From the NCBI GenBank assembly GCA_003208875.1, contig QCUR01000005.1:64001-128000 (forward strand): a stretch of DNA of 64,000 nt, given 5' to 3'. The position numbers were made by a program, and so were the translations under genes. Each line of letters opens with the position of its first letter. The stretch's first letter is position 1. The stretch is from Prochlorococcus sp. AG-679-M23 (GTDB taxonomy: Bacteria > Cyanobacteriota > Cyanobacteriia > PCC-6307 > Cyanobiaceae). The notes under the pieces are model-generated. The model was not told the DNA's origin and made no database searches. It saw only the letters and a list, made by a program, of their open reading frames with translations. This document shows positions 61,465 through 64,000 of this stretch, piece after piece.

Positions 61465-61734
61465 ATGACTCTAGATACAGCGGAAAAACAAAAACTAATT
61501 GAATCGCATCAAGTACATGCAACAGACACAGGATCTGTTGAGGTGCAAGTTGCTATGCTTTCAGAAAGAATTTCAAAATTAAGCGACCACTTACAAGGAA
61601 ATATTCACGATTATGCATCAAGACAAGGCCTATTAAAAATGATAGGAAAAAGAAAAAGATTACTATCATACATAAAAGGTAAAAATCCCCAAAGCTATCA
61701 AGATCTAATTAAAAAAATTGGAATCCGAGGATGA
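61465..61734 (+). CDS. rpsO: 30S ribosomal protein S15
   Basis: [12 protein letters not shown] and [20 protein letters not shown] motifs. Confidence 0.98.
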   Translation: MTLDTAEKQKLIESHQVHATDTGSVEVQVAMLSERISKLSDHLQGNIHDYASRQGLLKMIGKRKRLLSYIKGKNPQSYQDLIKKIGIRG

Positions 61735-61743
61735 TTTCCATTG

Positions 61744-62190
61744 ATGAAGAAAAAACAAACTAAAAAGAAAAATCTTTCAAAAAAGAAAAAAATATCTGAG
61801 GTTGATGCCTTTAGAAATATTGAAAAGAAAGTTCCATCATTAACCCCAATAAGCAAACAATCTAGCGGTATACCAAAATATGTAGCTGACAGAATGGCTA
61901 GGAGAATCTTTTTTACGGCTGGAATACCTACAATTATGGGGATGTCAGTCTTTGTTATAAGTTATATAATCGTCACAAGAAACATTGCCGAAATTCCTCC
62001 TTCTTCAACAATAGCAATATCAGCATTATTCTTTTTATTAGGACTAGGGGGGTTAAGTTTTGGAATATTATCTGCTAGTTGGGATAAAGAACCAGGAAGT
62101 TTTTTTGGTATAGAAAATATCCCCCTAAATATTGAAAGAGCAAAGGCTGCATTTAAACCAGCATCTCAAAACTTTGATGAGAAAAAGTAA
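61744..62190 (+). CDS. PAM68 family PSII assembly protein (DUF3464)
   Basis: IPKYVADRMARRI, two TM helices, GILSASWD..PGS. Confidence 0.88.
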   Translation: MKKKQTKKKNLSKKKKISEVDAFRNIEKKVPSLTPISKQSSGIPKYVADRMARRIFFTAGIPTIMGMSVFVISYIIVTRNIAEIPPSSTIAISALFFLLGLGGLSFGILSASWDKEPGSFFGIENIPLNIERAKAAFKPASQNFDEKK

Positions 62191-62191
62191 A

Positions 62192-64000
62192 TTATGCAAT
62201 CATAGATTTCAAATTTACTTGAAAAGACTTATCAGAAAGTAATTTCGAAACACCGAGAATATCTCCAACACAAAATTGATCTCCAAACTTAACATAAGTT
62301 ATAGAGTCATTATTTCTAACAGCAGCTAATACTGGAATTTTAATTCCACATTTATCTCTATCTGGTTTAAATTTAACTAAGCAATCTCTTATTGTGTTTT
62401 GAATTCTTATATCTGAGGCTTGGGAACTATCAAGATTAATGACAAGTAACTTTAAGTTATCAATTTCTCTGCAGTCATCAATAATTAATTGAGTCTTATC
62501 ACTTTTTTTATCAATAGTGCCCCAGACTAATAGTCTTGTATCAGTAAGTAAAAATTCAGATAATCTACAATACGTTTTAGGGAATACTATTGCCTCGCAA
62601 CTTCCAGAAAGATCTTCAAGTTGAACAATAGCCATTCTGTCGCCTTTTCTTGTTGTAATTTGCTTTAATTCTGGAATCATTCCAACTAAAGAGACTTTTG
62701 TTCTGTCGTGTGAGTTTTCTAATTGAGAGATACTTATAGGAGAAACAAGTTTAGCTGGTTTTGCAAGATGTTTTAAAGGATGATCTGATAAATAAAAACC
62801 TAAAAGTTGCTTTTCTAATTTAAGCTTTTCTATTAATGAGTAATCTTCAACTTTAGATCCTTGAGATAAAGAAAATTCTTTGGTATCGTTTTTACTAATT
62901 GAATCAAATAAATTTCCTTGTCCAGAAATCCGATCACGATTACGTGAGGATGCCCATTCCATTACATATTCAAGATCTGAAAAAAGTTGAGCTCTATTAC
63001 TATCTTCAGAAAATTCATCAAGGGCACCACAATGAATTAATGATTCGAGATTCCTTTTATTTAAAATATTAGAGGGTAAACGATCGCATAAATCAGAAAA
63101 CGATTTGAAAACTCCTAGTTTATTACGATTATCAATTATATTTCTTATAGCTGAATCTCCGAGATTCTTAATAGCAGATAATCCAAATAAAATTTGATCC
63201 TTTTTAATAGTAAAATCAATTCCCGATAAATTAATACTTGGTGAAATGACTTCTATTCCCATGGAATAACAATTAGAAATATATCTCTGCATTTTGTCAC
63301 TTGAACCAGCATTAACACTTAGAAGAGAAGCCATATAAGCTACTGGATAATGTGCTTTTAAAAATGCAGTTTGGTAAGTGACTGCTCCATATGCAGTCGA
63401 GTGGCTTTTATTAAAACAATACTCAGCAAATAAAACCATTTGATCAAAAAGATCATTAGCAATTTTTTTATCTACACCTTTTTTACAGGATCCTTCAATG
63501 AAAATATTACGATGTTTAACCATCTCAGATACTTTCTTCTTTCCCATTGCTCTTCTTAACAAGTCTGCATCCCCAAGAGAATAACCTGCCAAATCTTGAG
63601 CAATTTTCATAATTTGCTCTTGATAAACCATTATTCCGTAGGTTTCAGTGAGAATAGATTCAATGAAAGGATGAGGAAAATCTATTTTTTCACTACCATT
63701 TTTTCTATTGATAAACTTTGGTATGAGACCAGCATCAAGAGGTCCAGGCCTATATAAAGCCAAAATAGAGGAGATATCTTCAAGAGAATTTGGCTTAAAG
63801 TCTTTAACAACTTGTTTCATCCCAGATGATTCTAATTGAAATATCCCTTCTAAATCTCCTCTTCCAATAAGATCAAAAGTTTTATTATCTTTTGGAGGTA
63901 ATTGGTCGATATTTATTTTTTGTCCTGTGGAACTTTCAATTAAAGATATAGTCTTATCTATCATTGTAAGATTTTTAAGGCCTAAGAAGTCCATTTTTAA
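62192..64000 (-). CDS. dnaE: DNA polymerase III alpha subunit, 3' part (starts beyond the window)
   Basis: LKMDFLGL, GIFQLES, ALYRPGP, YQEQIM, FAEYCFNKSHS and OB fold with HP..TRKGDRMA. Confidence 0.97.
   Translation of the reverse strand, partial: LKMDFLGLKNLTMIDKTISLIESSTGQKINIDQLPPKDNKTFDLIGRGDLEGIFQLESSGMKQVVKDFKPNSLEDISSILALYRPGPLDAGLIPKFINRKNGSEKIDFPHPFIESILTETYGIMVYQEQIMKIAQDLAGYSLGDADLLRRAMGKKKVSEMVKHRNIFIEGSCKKGVDKKIANDLFDQMVLFAEYCFNKSHSTAYGAVTYQTAFLKAHYPVAYMASLLSVNAGSSDKMQRYISNCYSMGIEVISPSINLSGIDFTIKKDQILFGLSAIKNLGDSAIRNIIDNRNKLGVFKSFSDLCDRLPSNILNKRNLESLIHCGALDEFSEDSNRAQLFSDLEYVMEWASSRNRDRISGQGNLFDSISKNDTKEFSLSQGSKVEDYSLIEKLKLEKQLLGFYLSDHPLKHLAKPAKLVSPISISQLENSHDRTKVSLVGMIPELKQITTRKGDRMAIVQLEDLSGSCEAIVFPKTYCRLSEFLLTDTRLLVWGTIDKKSDKTQLIIDDCREIDNLKLLVINLDSSQASDIRIQNTIRDCLVKFKPDRDKCGIKIPVLAAVRNNDSITYVKFGDQFCVGDILGVSKLLSDKSFQVNLKSMIA

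Noticed and set aside
1..64000. CRISPR arrays, rRNA, IS elements, long tandem repeats, frameshifted pseudogenes
   Set aside because: None seen on reading. Intergenic gaps are all under about 230 nt and the recognised genes appear full length, apart from the two cut by the window edges.

Overview
AT-rich, very gene-dense core-chromosome segment of a marine picocyanobacterium. Psb28, PsaK, GUN4, PAM68, DnaK3 and HemJ, together with the very low GC, point to a high-light Prochlorococcus. A MED4/HLI-like strain is my inference from gene order and is not verified. The window runs from the 3' part of cobN to the 3' part of dnaE and carries about 65 mostly housekeeping CDS (uvrC, coaD, dacB, dapF, leuS, pgi, purN, argC, ribBA, dnaK3-dnaJ, hisZ, htpG, dxs, ilvA, pyk, glnA, secDF, pdhB, ispE, rsmA, umuDC, dnaG, ruvA, rpsO) and one tRNA-Ser(GGA). 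I found no mobile element, integrase, CRISPR array or genomic island. The most interesting items are: (1) a LexA-box-preceded umuD-umuC cassette followed 9 nt later by an uncharacterised cytoplasmic HExxH metalloprotease-like gene, possibly an SOS-linked protease; (2) two small membrane-protein ORFs below the ORF-track cutoff (31 aa before pdhB-secDF, 59 aa after a PLP decarboxylase); (3) a group II PLP decarboxylase of unknown substrate with an NPQK cofactor motif; (4) an exported PrxQ peroxiredoxin and a secreted glycine-zipper protein; (5) an NtcA-type promoter and nested hairpins around glnA. All functional proposals are hypotheses because no database searches could be run.
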